Source: an uncultured Planctomycetaceae bacterium (GTDB taxonomy: Bacteria > Planctomycetota > Phycisphaerae > UBA1845 > UTPLA1). Taken from it: a stretch of DNA of 44,118 nucleotides. The notes below the pieces were generated by a model. The model saw only the letters and a program-made list of their open reading frames with translations. It was not told the DNA's origin and made no database searches. Positions within the stretch are counted from its first letter, which is position 1; every line of letters starts with the position of its first letter. Both the position numbers and the translations under genes were made by a program. Positions 15,498 to 25,827 of this stretch are shown here, one piece after another. The stretch lies in NCBI GenBank assembly GCA_964514515.1, contig CAZERK010000001.1, forward strand, positions 1 through 44,118. The letters run 5' to 3'.

Positions 15498-17063
15498 TCA
15501 ACCTTTATTGCCCGCTGGGTCGGCGGCCAGCGCCGCCAGAGGATCCAGTTGACAGAGCCACGCAAACGAATCGCGGACGCGCCCGAGCTCCTCGGGCGTC
15601 GGTTCCTTGTCCGTAGTCAGCAGCGCCTTGCGGCAGCGGTAGAGCGTCTGGGCCGCTTCGACCGCCAGGGCGGGCTCCCACTCGTCGATGTGGTAGCGCC
15701 GCAGTTCCTCGAAGCATTCCTCCAGGAGCGGCGCTGCCAGCGCCAGGCGCTGCGCGTCGTAGCAGAGCTGCGCGATGCGCAGCCGCCACAGGAAGCGGTC
15801 GCGCCGCTGCGCGCAGGTGCTCAGGCCGTCCTGCAAGATCTTGACCGCCTCCGCCAGCTTGCCCGTCCCCGCGAGCTTGCGGGCACCGTCCCAGGCTTCC
15901 ATGAGCTTGCCGTCGCCGGCCGCCCCCCCACCGCCGCCCGCGGACTGCGGCGGCGTGACGTCCGACTCGATCCACATCTTCGTCTCACCGCTGCACAGCG
16001 GCATGCCGTTGCGGAAGCGGAGATCGAACAGGCCGTTGCCGAGGCGGCGCACCAGTGCCCCCGTCAGATCCAGAATCGCGCGCCGCGCCAGTTCGAACTG
16101 CGGCCCGCGCGCCTGCAAAGCCGCACAGACGTAACGCTGTAGATCGAGCCACAAGGGGTCGCTCGAACGGAACGCATCCTCGGCGTTATTCAGCAGGTGA
16201 TCCCACAACCCGCCGGCAAACTGGAATTGCAGTGCTTCGGCCAGCGTCTTGTCCGGAGGTTCGACCTGCGTCATGACCTCGGGCGAGGGCAGTTCGATGC
16301 GGGCCCACTTCACGAGCCGCGCGAGCGCGTACGGCAGCGGATTCGCGAGGTCGGATTTCGCCAGGAAATTGGCCGCACTGAGCACGGCCTGGATCGCGCC
16401 GGACGCGTCGGCCACGGCCGCGATCGCGACGGCGCCTTCCGGCAGAACCGCGGCGGCACCACCTTCACCCACGGCGGGCGCCGCTACGGCCGGCTCGGCG
16501 GGCTTGGGCCGTTCGTTGGCGAGATCCCGGAGACGGCGCTGCAGTTTGGCGAAGTCCGGCGCGTCGTCCGGCATCTTCTCGGTGAGCAGCGTGTTCAGTT
16601 CTGCGAGGCGCTGCACGCAAGTGTCGACGGCGTCGAACTCGCTCGGACGCGGCTTGCCGTCGCCGCTGAGCCAGCCGGCGTCCACCAGATGCTCGCATAG
16701 GGATTCCATGCGGGCTTTGCGGCGGCGCGGCCGCGCGGGGAAACCGTTGTCCCAGAAGTTGCGGGACAGCTCGATGAACAGGCCGAGCGTGGCCGCGAGT
16801 CCGGCGTAGCGCTCCTTCTTGACCAGGCCGAAGCCGAGGGCGGTGGCGATGTGCGTGTCCTTGGACTTGCTGCGCAGGATGTTGCGAGCAGACTGATCGA
16901 CTTTGAACCAGTCGACCTCGCCCAGATCGATGCGATCGAGCTTCGAGAGCTCGGCCTCGATGAGCAGGTAGTCTTCGTCGTCGGCAACTTCCTGCCCAGC
17001 GGGCGCAGCATCGCTGATCGGGTTCCTGCCGAGGTCCAGAACTGCAGCTTCGTCGAGCGCCAT
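15498..17063 (-). CDS. tssA: Type VI secretion protein TssA (ImpA N-terminal domain family)
   Basis: 521 aa. ImpA_N-like N-terminus (LGRNPISDAAPAGQEVADDEDYLLIEAELSKLD...VDWFKVDQSARNILRSKSKDTHIATAL) and a helical C-terminal half. Located immediately upstream of tssB. Confidence 0.85.
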   Translation of the reverse strand: MALDEAAVLDLGRNPISDAAPAGQEVADDEDYLLIEAELSKLDRIDLGEVDWFKVDQSARNILRSKSKDTHIATALGFGLVKKERYAGLAATLGLFIELSRNFWDNGFPARPRRRKARMESLCEHLVDAGWLSGDGKPRPSEFDAVDTCVQRLAELNTLLTEKMPDDAPDFAKLQRRLRDLANERPKPAEPAVAAPAVGEGGAAAVLPEGAVAIAAVADASGAIQAVLSAANFLAKSDLANPLPYALARLVKWARIELPSPEVMTQVEPPDKTLAEALQFQFAGGLWDHLLNNAEDAFRSSDPLWLDLQRYVCAALQARGPQFELARRAILDLTGALVRRLGNGLFDLRFRNGMPLCSGETKMWIESDVTPPQSAGGGGGAAGDGKLMEAWDGARKLAGTGKLAEAVKILQDGLSTCAQRRDRFLWRLRIAQLCYDAQRLALAAPLLEECFEELRRYHIDEWEPALAVEAAQTLYRCRKALLTTDKEPTPEELGRVRDSFAWLCQLDPLAALAADPAGNKG

Positions 17064-17285
17064 TCGCCTTATCCATCCGCTGTTGCGGCGTCAGGCTGCC
17101 TGACCAGGTGACAACCATCCGCAGCGCGCACAAAAAGACAGGACGCCATTACGACCTCCGCGAGAGGCCGGAAGCGATCCCGGTTAGCACACATGATCCG
17201 TTGCGCCGCGGCCCGAAGCCGTCGGCGGTTACTTTCTGAACTCGGCCCTGAGTCCATATCAATCTTGTCCCGTCGAGAGGCCAAG

Positions 17286-18278
17286 TCAAGCTTTCACCGT
17301 TGAATCCACGAATCCAAACCACGTTTCGGGAGCGATCCCAGGCTCCACATCCTGACCATCGGCAGCATCGCCTATTGAACACAAGTCGTCTGCATACGGC
17401 ACTTTGTCGGCGAGGCCCGTCAGGAGCAAAAAGTCCTCGGGCAGAATCTCGTCGCGCGCGATTACGGTCAGGCGCCCCGTGGCGCCGCCGGCATCCTTCG
17501 TCAACAGAAGGCTCGCACAGCGACGATGCAGGTCCATGCGCTGACCGAGCCAGTGCAGCCAACCCGGCACCTGCACCTCGAACGGAACGCCCATGACCAA
17601 CGGAAAACGCAGCGTCGGTGCGAAGTCCTCCGCCTCGAGCGTCACAATGTTCTGCCCCCACGCCGTCACCTGCCCAGACCATGCGTCCAGCGCGGCGACC
17701 TTCAGGCAGGGCTGCGCACGTTGGAACCAGTCGCTCATGGAAAGCGCCTGCGCCGGCGCACGCCACGAGCCGTCGTGGGTCGCACCATCGAGGCCGGACA
17801 GGTCGATTTCGCGTCCGCCGAAGGTATCCTCGAAGCGCCCGGGCGAGTTGACGAAGCGCCCCACGTGCTCGCGCAGGTGCGTCAACTCGAGCAGCGCTCG
17901 GAGCACCGGCAGCACGGTCTCGCTGGTCGGCCCGGCCCAACCCTCCGTCGGCGTGGCGACGTAGAAGCTGAGGGGAAACGGACGCCCGCGCATATCGCCG
18001 CCGTAGTCCTGGAACGAGGCCAGGACGGAGACCTGCGACTTGGGCAGGCGCAGCAGGCACGCCGAGGACGGCACGCGCAGCTCGCCGCCGCTCTCGCGCT
18101 GACGACTGAAGTAGAGCTCGCAACCCTTCAGAATCCACTCGTTGAACTCGACTGCCCAATCCTCATCGGTGGGCGAACAATAGTAATCCGCATACGTCGG
18201 CAGTTTGCCGAACCAACGCACGCGCGGATCGGGTTTGATCCGCGGGGCCTTCGCCTTGAACAGGTTCTTCCAGCCCAT
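17286..18278 (-). CDS. tagF: Type VI secretion-associated protein TagF (ImpM/DUF2094 family)
   Basis: 330 aa. VRWFGKLPTYADYY matches the TagF hallmark G-x-x-GKLP-x-x-(G/A)D(F/Y) near the N-terminus. Canonical position directly after tssM. Confidence 0.75.
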   Translation of the reverse strand: MGWKNLFKAKAPRIKPDPRVRWFGKLPTYADYYCSPTDEDWAVEFNEWILKGCELYFSRQRESGGELRVPSSACLLRLPKSQVSVLASFQDYGGDMRGRPFPLSFYVATPTEGWAGPTSETVLPVLRALLELTHLREHVGRFVNSPGRFEDTFGGREIDLSGLDGATHDGSWRAPAQALSMSDWFQRAQPCLKVAALDAWSGQVTAWGQNIVTLEAEDFAPTLRFPLVMGVPFEVQVPGWLHWLGQRMDLHRRCASLLLTKDAGGATGRLTVIARDEILPEDFLLLTGLADKVPYADDLCSIGDAADGQDVEPGIAPETWFGFVDSTVKA

Positions 18279-18501
18279 ATGGCGCGCGCCTAGTCGTCGA
18301 TCACAGCAACCTGTACTGCCCTACCTACCCATCGCCGTACGCACCGCGCGTGCGGCGATCCTACTCCTCAGATACGACCTTCGGGCACATCCCACGTCGG
18401 CCACGGGGGCCGACGCTACGTACGGTACGTCATCTCCGCTTCACTCGTCGGTCGCGCTTCGCGTTCGCCGCAGACCGGGCTCCGACCGACGTCGCCTCAC
18501 T

Positions 18502-21500
18502 CTACTTTCCGCTCGCGGCCGTCAGCGGGGCGATCGGCCCCGGCAGGGCCCGGCCCGGTGCGAGTTGGAAGATGAACTTCTCGCCGACGGTCTTCTCCAC
18601 GGCCGGAAGCTGCGTCGCCAGCTCCGGGCGACCGGCGTCCTTGAACTTGTCCGCCAGCGACACGCCGTGCGAGACGACCCAATTGCCGTCGGCGAACACG
18701 CCGTAGCGGTGCAGGTACGCACACAGCGCCAGCGGCGACGGGCGACCCAGCACCTCCGGCTTGATCGTCGGGTACGTATAGTTCTTGCCCTCGGGCGTGA
18801 CACCGTCCATGAGGGCGAAGGTCAACTCCTGCAGGTCCGGAGCGCGCGTCCATTCCCACACGGCCGGCATGCTCTTCGCCTTGCCGCGCTCGGTGGTCTG
18901 GAAGCACAGCGGACGCATGGCCGCGTCGCCGCCCTGCGACGGGCGCAGGCCGATGCTCAGGCAGACTTGCTTGTAGTAATGCTGGGCGGAGTCGTCGACC
19001 TTGACCAAGCCGAGCGGTGTGCCAAGCGGGTCCTCAGTCCAGAGCGTCACTTCGAGCCGCGTGGCCTCACCCTGCGCATTGAGCTTGAGGAAGTCGCGCC
19101 ACTGTCCGCAGGACTGCAGGAACGTCTGCCGCGCCTTGCGAACCGGCTCGTCGGGCAAGCCCTGATCGAGGGCACTGAACGCGGCCTCGGCCCGCTGCAT
19201 GGCGAGCAGGAACTTGCTGAACTGGTCGTAGGCGACGGTCTCCAGCGCGGTCAGACCGGTGCCGGCCGCGTTGACGTATGGCCAGCCGTCGTACGCGGAC
19301 TGATCGGCGAAGATGTCGGACTGCACGCCGACGAGGATCGCGGTCAATTCCGCACTGAGCAGCGTCTGCGCATTCTGCTGGAACTCGAAGAGCTGGCCGG
19401 TGAGGCGCTCATCGGACAGCCCGGTATCGCCGCGCAGGTCGGGGATGTCGGGCCAGGGAATCGGTGCGGCCTTGGCGGAAGGATCGTCGGTATCAAAGCG
19501 ACGCGCCAGCCTGGAGGCCTTGCCGACGGCGTTGCACCAATCGACCCAACGCGTCGCAAAGTTGCCGGCCACCGTCTCCCACGGCTTCGGGTCATTCGCG
19601 GTGCCGGTCGAATTCTTCGCACTGCGGGCGAATGCGCCGCCGGTCCACTGCTCCTGCAGGGCGGCATCGAACGCGCTGGCGGTCTTCGATTTGGCGGAGC
19701 CGTAGAAGTCGTCCTTTTGCTCCAGCCACCAGCCGCCGAGTTCGGCCGAGTACAGCGCCCAACGCGTGGCGTGCAGAATCTCGGCTAGGGCGGGCTGGAA
19801 TTCCTGCTGCACGGCATTGCGGGCTTCGTTGTCCGCAGCGCCGGCACTGAGCTTGAACTGCTCGGCGAACGTACCCCAACGCTGATCGAAGCGTCCGACG
19901 CGCTTGAGTTCGGGCGTGGCCTTCCCCTTGTAGGCCGTGGCCCACGACTCAGCATAGGTGCCGCAGTAGGTGCGCCAGGCCTGGTCGAGCAGGTCGCCGC
20001 AACGGCTGTGCAGCGGCGTCGCATCGCCGGTGCGCGAGAAGTAGTACTCGGGACCGAACTTGCTCAGGAAGCTGGCGAGTTCGACGTACTCCATCGCCCG
20101 CGCGTTGAGATAGTCGGGACTGGCGTAGGCCGGAATCTGGCCGGCGGCGGTGGCGCGCTCGGCCGGCGGCGGCGGAGCCGCGGGACCGGGCGTCGGCGCA
20201 CCGACGGGCGGCGGGGCCGTCGGTTTGGAGATCAAGGGCGGCGGACCACCGGCCGGCGGCTTCGTCACCGGCGGCGGTGCGGCGTCCGTCTTCTTCGGTT
20301 CCGGCGCCGGCGTCGCGGCAGCCGGAATCGGGATGTAGTAGTTCGACTTCAGTGCGGCCCGCGGGTCGGCGGCGAATTCGCCCAGGCCCAAAGGACCGGC
20401 GGCCTGCAGGCGCGCCTCGATCGTCCGCAGCAGGACGGTGCCGGCACCCTTGCGCACCAGGCCCTGGTACGCGTCGTTGAGCTTCTGCAGCTTCGCGCCC
20501 TCCCAGCGGGCATCGAGGGCCGTGAACGTCGCGGCGGGCGTATCGCTCTCCGCATCGCCCGGGTAGAGCAGGGCCTTGATTGCGGCGCTCCACTCGGCGG
20601 TCGTGGCGGCCTTCGCATCACCGCTGTCGAGCGTGGCGAGCTTGTCGGCCACCTTCTTGAGCACGGGGGCGATGGTGCCGTCGAGCTGCGTCGCGAGCTC
20701 GAGCTTGTCGTCGCGGGCGGCATCGGCGCCGCGCTTCAGCGTGATGATGTGCTTGTACGCCTCGTCGACTTCCTGCACAAGTTTGTCGAACGAGTCGCCG
20801 TAGTACTCGGGGAAGTACTCGCGGTCGGACAGGCCGGCCTGCTTGATGCTGTCGGCCAGGACGCGGTCGAGGCCGCGCAGGTCGGCACCGTTGCCGGCGA
20901 TGAGGGCGTTGATGGCCGCGGGCACCGGGTCCTTCGAGACTTCGCGCCCGCCGCAGGCTTCGTAGGCCGTCTGGAGCGCCTTCTGGCGATCGAGCCAGGC
21001 CTGCCGCTGAGCGCGGATGGCCTCGCGCAGCGACGGAATGCGCAGGAAGCCGGACTTGGCCGGCACTTGCCACGCGCACTCCTTCATCGCCGTGCTGAAC
21101 TTCCCGTAGTTCTCGTCGAAGGTCGCGCGGAAGGCCTTGAGCTGCTCGTCAGTCGTGACCGTCGCGTCGGCGGCGGCCAGGAGCGCCCCGTACGACTTCT
21201 CGATCTGGTCGCAGCGGTTGCGAATGCGCATCCACTCGGCGATCACCGGATCGAGCGCGTCCTCGCTGAGGGCGGCCGAGCGTTCGGCGTACTTGTGCAC
21301 GTGCCCCATCGCGAGCGTGATCGTCTCGCCGGGCTTGAACTCCGGCTCCGACAGCGGGTGCGCGGGGTTGCCGGCCTCCTTCATGCCGCGGATCGTGAGG
21401 AAGTAGTCCTTGGCCTGCTTGAGGATCTCGTCCTTCTGCTGGTTCAGCACGGTGTTGCCGGGTGAGATCAGCGCGGCGAGCTGCTCGAAGCTGTCGTAGT

Positions 21501-23280
21501 CGACCTGCTCGGGCAAGCCGTCGTGATCGGCGCAACCCAGCCATGCGACGTAGGCCAGCAGCGCGGCCTCATAGTCGTCAAAGCTCAACCCCGTCTTGGC
21601 GCCGGCGGCGATGTTGCCCGCACGCAAGGCGGCGTCAGCCTCCAGGAGAATCGGCTTGAGCACGCTGTGCGCGAACAGGCCGACCTGAATCTGCGTGAGG
21701 TCGTCGACAGGCTCGCGCGAACCGATGCCCAGCGACAGAATGCTCGGCCAGACACTGGCCTTGAGCGTCTGCACGTCCTGTCCAAGTTGGAGCGTGAGCT
21801 TGAGCGACTCGGTCGGTTTGCCGACGACGGCGGCCGCCTGCTCAGCGCGGGCGTGCGGCTCCTTGATGAGCGTGCCGAACTTCAGCGAGCTGATGATCAG
21901 GATGGCGACGAGCGCCACGCCGAGCACGCCGCTGCCGATCAGCAGGAAGCGGGCGAGCTGGCGGTTGCGCATGACCTCCTGCTCGTTGCGGAAAACGAGG
22001 CCCTGCTCGGGGAAGACTTTACGGAACAGGAGTTCCTTGACGAAGTGCGGCCGCGGGCGGGGATACAGGCTTTCCAGCGGCTGGAAGGTATTGGCGGCGG
22101 CGGCGCCGAGGCGCTCGGTCAGGTGGCGCAGGATGAGGCCGCCCTGCTGCGTGGCGCTGGTGAAGTACACGCCGCGGAAGATCAGGTTTTTGACCGCACG
22201 CGGGTTCTTGATGGCGGGGAAGAGCGTGCGGACATAGGTGTGCAGCGGTTCCTTGAGCTGGCGGAACTCCTCAGGGAAGCTGTAAGCGAGGCCGAGTTCC
22301 GCCTCGTCCACGTCGTCCTGCAGGCGGCGCAGGCGCAAGTCGCCGAGCCGGCCATACAGGGCGCCGAAGTCGTCGCCGAAGCGTTCGGGGTCGTACAGCT
22401 CGTTGAAGTCGCCGCTGCGCGAGAAGCCGAAGATCTGGTTCTTGATGGTGATGTCGCGCTCGGCGCGGTCGAAGAACGGCATGAAGCCGACGATCTTGTC
22501 GCACTTGGTGATGACGAGGTAGGTCGCGAACGTGACGCCGAGCTTGCTCTGCAGGTCGCGCAGGCGCTCGAGCATCGTGTTGGCATCCTGCTCGTGCTTC
22601 TCGGGCGGGTCCTGCAGCAGGTGCTCGGCCGACACGCACAAGAGCACGCCGTTGATCGGGTAGCCGCGGCGGCCCTGGCCGACGGTCTTAAGAAACGCGT
22701 CCCACTCGCGGTAGTCGGCGTCGTCCTGGGGATTGCACAGGCGGCCGGCCATGTCGACGAAGATGGCGTCCTCGGTGAACCACCAGTTGTAGTTCAGGGT
22801 GCCGAGCTGGTAGCCCTCGGGCTTGCCGGTGGAGAAGGTCAGGCCGCCCTCGTTGATCAGCTTGGTCTTGCCGCAGCCGGAGTCACCGATCGTCACGTAC
22901 CACGGCAGGTCGTAGACGCTGATCCCGAGCTTCTTCATCTCCTTGATTGCGGTGAAGAACTTCTCGTTGTTGCTCTTCACGGCCGCGCGCAGGCTCATCG
23001 AGACGGTGCCGCCCTCGGCGCTCGTCGCCAGCTCCGATTCCATGCGGCGCTGCCGGGCGCGCGAGGCCCGACCGAAGAGCTTCGGAACCAGCCAGCCGGC
23101 GACGGTGACGAGGCCCACCACGGCCGCCACGCCCAGAATCAGCACGAAGAGGCTCACGCCGGGAAAGACGTATTCGCGCAGGACGTAGATGATGCCGAAA
23201 GGCGTGCCCAGGCCCGCCATGGCGATGAGCATCTGGACTTCTTTGGGCAAGCTCCGGTAGGTCGCGAGCAGTTTCTTCAT
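18502..23280 (-). CDS. tssM: Type VI secretion membrane-complex protein TssM (IcmF family), unusually long at 1592 aa
   Basis: Two N-terminal TM helices. Walker A GDSGCGKT (22864-22887). A third TM (LARFLLIGSGVLGVALVAILIISSL). Then a periplasmic part of about 1100 aa containing a Pro-rich insert (about 20155-20330). ATG at 23278-23280 with GAGG upstream. Confidence 0.93.
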   Translation of the reverse strand: MKKLLATYRSLPKEVQMLIAMAGLGTPFGIIYVLREYVFPGVSLFVLILGVAAVVGLVTVAGWLVPKLFGRASRARQRRMESELATSAEGGTVSMSLRAAVKSNNEKFFTAIKEMKKLGISVYDLPWYVTIGDSGCGKTKLINEGGLTFSTGKPEGYQLGTLNYNWWFTEDAIFVDMAGRLCNPQDDADYREWDAFLKTVGQGRRGYPINGVLLCVSAEHLLQDPPEKHEQDANTMLERLRDLQSKLGVTFATYLVITKCDKIVGFMPFFDRAERDITIKNQIFGFSRSGDFNELYDPERFGDDFGALYGRLGDLRLRRLQDDVDEAELGLAYSFPEEFRQLKEPLHTYVRTLFPAIKNPRAVKNLIFRGVYFTSATQQGGLILRHLTERLGAAAANTFQPLESLYPRPRPHFVKELLFRKVFPEQGLVFRNEQEVMRNRQLARFLLIGSGVLGVALVAILIISSLKFGTLIKEPHARAEQAAAVVGKPTESLKLTLQLGQDVQTLKASVWPSILSLGIGSREPVDDLTQIQVGLFAHSVLKPILLEADAALRAGNIAAGAKTGLSFDDYEAALLAYVAWLGCADHDGLPEQVDYDSFEQLAALISPGNTVLNQQKDEILKQAKDYFLTIRGMKEAGNPAHPLSEPEFKPGETITLAMGHVHKYAERSAALSEDALDPVIAEWMRIRNRCDQIEKSYGALLAAADATVTTDEQLKAFRATFDENYGKFSTAMKECAWQVPAKSGFLRIPSLREAIRAQRQAWLDRQKALQTAYEACGGREVSKDPVPAAINALIAGNGADLRGLDRVLADSIKQAGLSDREYFPEYYGDSFDKLVQEVDEAYKHIITLKRGADAARDDKLELATQLDGTIAPVLKKVADKLATLDSGDAKAATTAEWSAAIKALLYPGDAESDTPAATFTALDARWEGAKLQKLNDAYQGLVRKGAGTVLLRTIEARLQAAGPLGLGEFAADPRAALKSNYYIPIPAAATPAPEPKKTDAAPPPVTKPPAGGPPPLISKPTAPPPVGAPTPGPAAPPPPAERATAAGQIPAYASPDYLNARAMEYVELASFLSKFGPEYYFSRTGDATPLHSRCGDLLDQAWRTYCGTYAESWATAYKGKATPELKRVGRFDQRWGTFAEQFKLSAGAADNEARNAVQQEFQPALAEILHATRWALYSAELGGWWLEQKDDFYGSAKSKTASAFDAALQEQWTGGAFARSAKNSTGTANDPKPWETVAGNFATRWVDWCNAVGKASRLARRFDTDDPSAKAAPIPWPDIPDLRGDTGLSDERLTGQLFEFQQNAQTLLSAELTAILVGVQSDIFADQSAYDGWPYVNAAGTGLTALETVAYDQFSKFLLAMQRAEAAFSALDQGLPDEPVRKARQTFLQSCGQWRDFLKLNAQGEATRLEVTLWTEDPLGTPLGLVKVDDSAQHYYKQVCLSIGLRPSQGGDAAMRPLCFQTTERGKAKSMPAVWEWTRAPDLQELTFALMDGVTPEGKNYTYPTIKPEVLGRPSPLALCAYLHRYGVFADGNWVVSHGVSLADKFKDAGRPELATQLPAVEKTVGEKFIFQLAPGRALPGPIAPLTAASGK

Positions 23281-23368
23281 ACCAACCTCATCGGGCGCCG
23301 GGCGGTTACTGCACCGGCGCGATCGCTACCGAACGAACTGCGTGGAAACGCGGCCGGCGGCGGCGTTC

Positions 23369-24190
23369 CTACTTCTTCTTCTTCTCGTTCTTGTCGCCCG
23401 CGTCGTCGCTCTTGGCGACCGCGGCGGGCACGTTGCCGCCGCTCCAGGCCTCCGCGGCCCTGGAGATGCCGGCGGTTTCGCGGCTCCAAGCGAGCCGGAA
23501 CGTGACCAACGACACGCCGACCACGAGGGCAAGAATCACGAGCACCAGCGCCAGGCTCATGCCCAGCTTGTAGTCGACCTTGAGTTCCTGGTTGTGCTTG
23601 TACGCGTCGGGGAACATCTCTTTGCCGCGCGTGGTGGCATAAGCCGGCAGCCGCGTGAACAGCCGCCGCGTGTAGTCGCCGAGTTCCTGCGGGCGGTCGT
23701 GGAACTGGCCCTTAAAACCCAGCCGCAGGCAGATGAAGTACAGGTTGAGCTTTTCGGCGAGTTCGTACTTGTCGCGGCGGTCGCGGCGTTCGGCCAGCTC
23801 GTAGTCCTTCTGCAGCGTGTCGCAGTCCTCGAAGAACTTCTCGCCGCCGAGGGCCTCGATGTGGTTGAGCACGTCGGGGTCGGTCTCGAAGCGGTTGTCG
23901 AACCAGAAGTCGCGCCCGTCCCAGTCGGTGTTGAGCATCTTGTAGTCGAGGAAGTAGACCATCATCGCTTTGAGATGGTCCTCCCAGGCGCGCTGCGCGA
24001 GGGGATCGCGGCCGGCGATGTCGTCCGCGTCGCGCAGGGCGTTGAGCGCTTCGTAGCGCACCTGGTCCGGCGGCGGCAGCGTGCCCATCTTGGCCTGCCG
24101 CGCGAAGTTGATGGCGAAGTCGAAGATCGGCCAGCAGACCTCGGTGAGGCGCAGCCCGGCACCTTCATGGGGCTCGACGGCGGTCGTCAT
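23369..24190 (-). CDS. tssL: Type VI secretion membrane-complex protein TssL (DotU family), without a peptidoglycan-binding extension
   Basis: 273 aa. The DotU signature LNLYFICLRLGFKGQF is followed by one TM helix (LALVLVILALVVGVSLV) and a short Lys-rich tail. ATGA overlap with tssK (24187-24190). Confidence 0.85.
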   Translation of the reverse strand: MTTAVEPHEGAGLRLTEVCWPIFDFAINFARQAKMGTLPPPDQVRYEALNALRDADDIAGRDPLAQRAWEDHLKAMMVYFLDYKMLNTDWDGRDFWFDNRFETDPDVLNHIEALGGEKFFEDCDTLQKDYELAERRDRRDKYELAEKLNLYFICLRLGFKGQFHDRPQELGDYTRRLFTRLPAYATTRGKEMFPDAYKHNQELKVDYKLGMSLALVLVILALVVGVSLVTFRLAWSRETAGISRAAEAWSGGNVPAAVAKSDDAGDKNEKKKK

Positions 24191-25608
24191 CGGCTGGATC
24201 CCTTCAAGCAGACATACAGAGTCGGGCGGAACTGCTCCATCGCGGCGAGCTGTCCTTCGCGGATGCTCATGCGGATGCCGCGCTCCTGCTCACACTCCTG
24301 CCAGTAGTCGGTCCGGTCCGGACCAATCGTCTTGTCCACGCGGAAATAGTGCAGGCCCTGGCGGCGCGGCAGCGTGCCCGCAGGCGGGGCCTTCACCTGC
24401 AGCCGCAAGCCGCGCACCGCGATGTTGTGAATGCGCGGGGCGCGCTTGGGCGAAGCGAGCTTCATATCGAGCTTGCCGTAGACGTGCTGGTAGACCTCCT
24501 CGGTCTCCTGGTCGTCCACCCGCAGGCCCACGTACATGTCGAGGTTCTCGTCGATCCAGGCCCGGTCGAGCTCGACCTCCAGACCGTCTTGGCCGCGCTC
24601 GTCCTTCTTGCGGGCAAAGGGACGTTCGATGAAGGCCATCGGACGCATCGCGTCGAGCAGGACGAGCAGGCGGCGGCGCACGCGATCCAGGCCGTCCGCG
24701 GGTCGGTCGTGGTCGTAACTCGGCAGCGGCCCGGGCACGAGTTCGTCATGAAAGACGGAGAGCTGCCCCACCATGCGTGCGAGCACGACGAACATGTCGT
24801 ACGGGTGCAGCAGCGGGCTTTGCAGCAGGGCCCGCAGCTCGGCGCGCCCGGCGTTGAGGGCGTGCAGCTTGAGCAAGTGCTCGCTGTTGGCGGCCACGCC
24901 GTCCGTGAAGTTCATCCGCTGCTCGCGCGCCTCGCGGGCGAGGACCTCGTCCTTCGCCTCGACCTGGTCGGCGAGCGAGGTCACCAGCGCACTGAGGCCG
25001 CGATCGGCCTGCAGCGCGAGGAGCGGCCCGGCGCCGACTTCGTCCAGTTCGGGCGTCGCCCCGGGGCGGTCGGTGCGCTTCACGCGGCACAGGCGGACGA
25101 CCTCGAAGCCGGTCATGTCGTCGCCTTCAACGAAGAGCTTGCCGCGCATGCGCCGCACATAGAGCGTCTGCGGGTTCTCGCCGGTGTTCTCATCGCGGCG
25201 GGTCAGCGCCTGCGGCTCGTAGCGCGGGTTGCCGGGCGTGGCTTCCGGGCGTTCGAGCGAAACCGCGTTCGCCCGCACGTCCTGCATCTGCGGAATGCCG
25301 AGGTACAGATCGACGGCCCCCCCGCCGGTGCCGAGCGCCTTCTCGAAATTCAGCGGCGGGACCTCGGTGTTCTCCGGCACGCACAGCCAGGTGCCGTCCT
25401 TGAGCCGCGCCTGGCAGCGATCGACGCGCAGCGTGAAGTTCTCGAGCGGCTCCTTGGCGATCTGCAGTTCCAGAAAGCCCCACGCCAGCGGACGGGCGGC
25501 ATCGAGCGTCGTGCGCACGAGCGTTTCCACTTGGCGCTGGGCCGTCTGCAAGTGATGCGGCCGCAGGAACACGCCCTCGTACCAGTGGATTTCGTTCCAA
25601 AAGGTCAT
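24187..25608 (-). CDS. tssK: Type VI secretion baseplate protein TssK
   Basis: The ORF track gives 24187..25797. The internal ATG at 25606-25608 (GGAGAC upstream) yields MTFWNEIHWYEGVFLRPHHLQTAQRQ, the conserved TssK N-terminus (W-x-EG-x-FL-x-P-x-H-x-Q). The 63 upstream codons are Arg/Pro junk. Confidence 0.9.
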   Translation of the reverse strand: MTFWNEIHWYEGVFLRPHHLQTAQRQVETLVRTTLDAARPLAWGFLELQIAKEPLENFTLRVDRCQARLKDGTWLCVPENTEVPPLNFEKALGTGGGAVDLYLGIPQMQDVRANAVSLERPEATPGNPRYEPQALTRRDENTGENPQTLYVRRMRGKLFVEGDDMTGFEVVRLCRVKRTDRPGATPELDEVGAGPLLALQADRGLSALVTSLADQVEAKDEVLAREAREQRMNFTDGVAANSEHLLKLHALNAGRAELRALLQSPLLHPYDMFVVLARMVGQLSVFHDELVPGPLPSYDHDRPADGLDRVRRRLLVLLDAMRPMAFIERPFARKKDERGQDGLEVELDRAWIDENLDMYVGLRVDDQETEEVYQHVYGKLDMKLASPKRAPRIHNIAVRGLRLQVKAPPAGTLPRRQGLHYFRVDKTIGPDRTDYWQECEQERGIRMSIREGQLAAMEQFRPTLYVCLKGSSR

Positions 25609-25827
25609 ACGGCGAGGTCTCCACCGGGCGAGGCCGGGACACAAGGAGTGATACAGCGTGACCGGACGGGCGTGCGGCACCGACGTGCCGACACCGCGTC
25701 GCGCGTTACGCTGCCGCGGAACAAAACCAGAACTGAAACCGCACGGTCCACGGGCTTCCTTTCCCGGATACGAAGTCGCCGCACGGGGCGACGTCACGAA
25801 CGCGTGCGCTGCACACCGGGCGGAGCG

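Noticed and set aside
17064-17285. Sigma70-type promoter in the tagF-tssA spacer (e.g. TTGATA ... on the minus strand)
   Set aside because: I found no -10 hexamer at acceptable spacing. Only the AT-richer composition and a 6-bp hairpin are noted, so no promoter feature was called.
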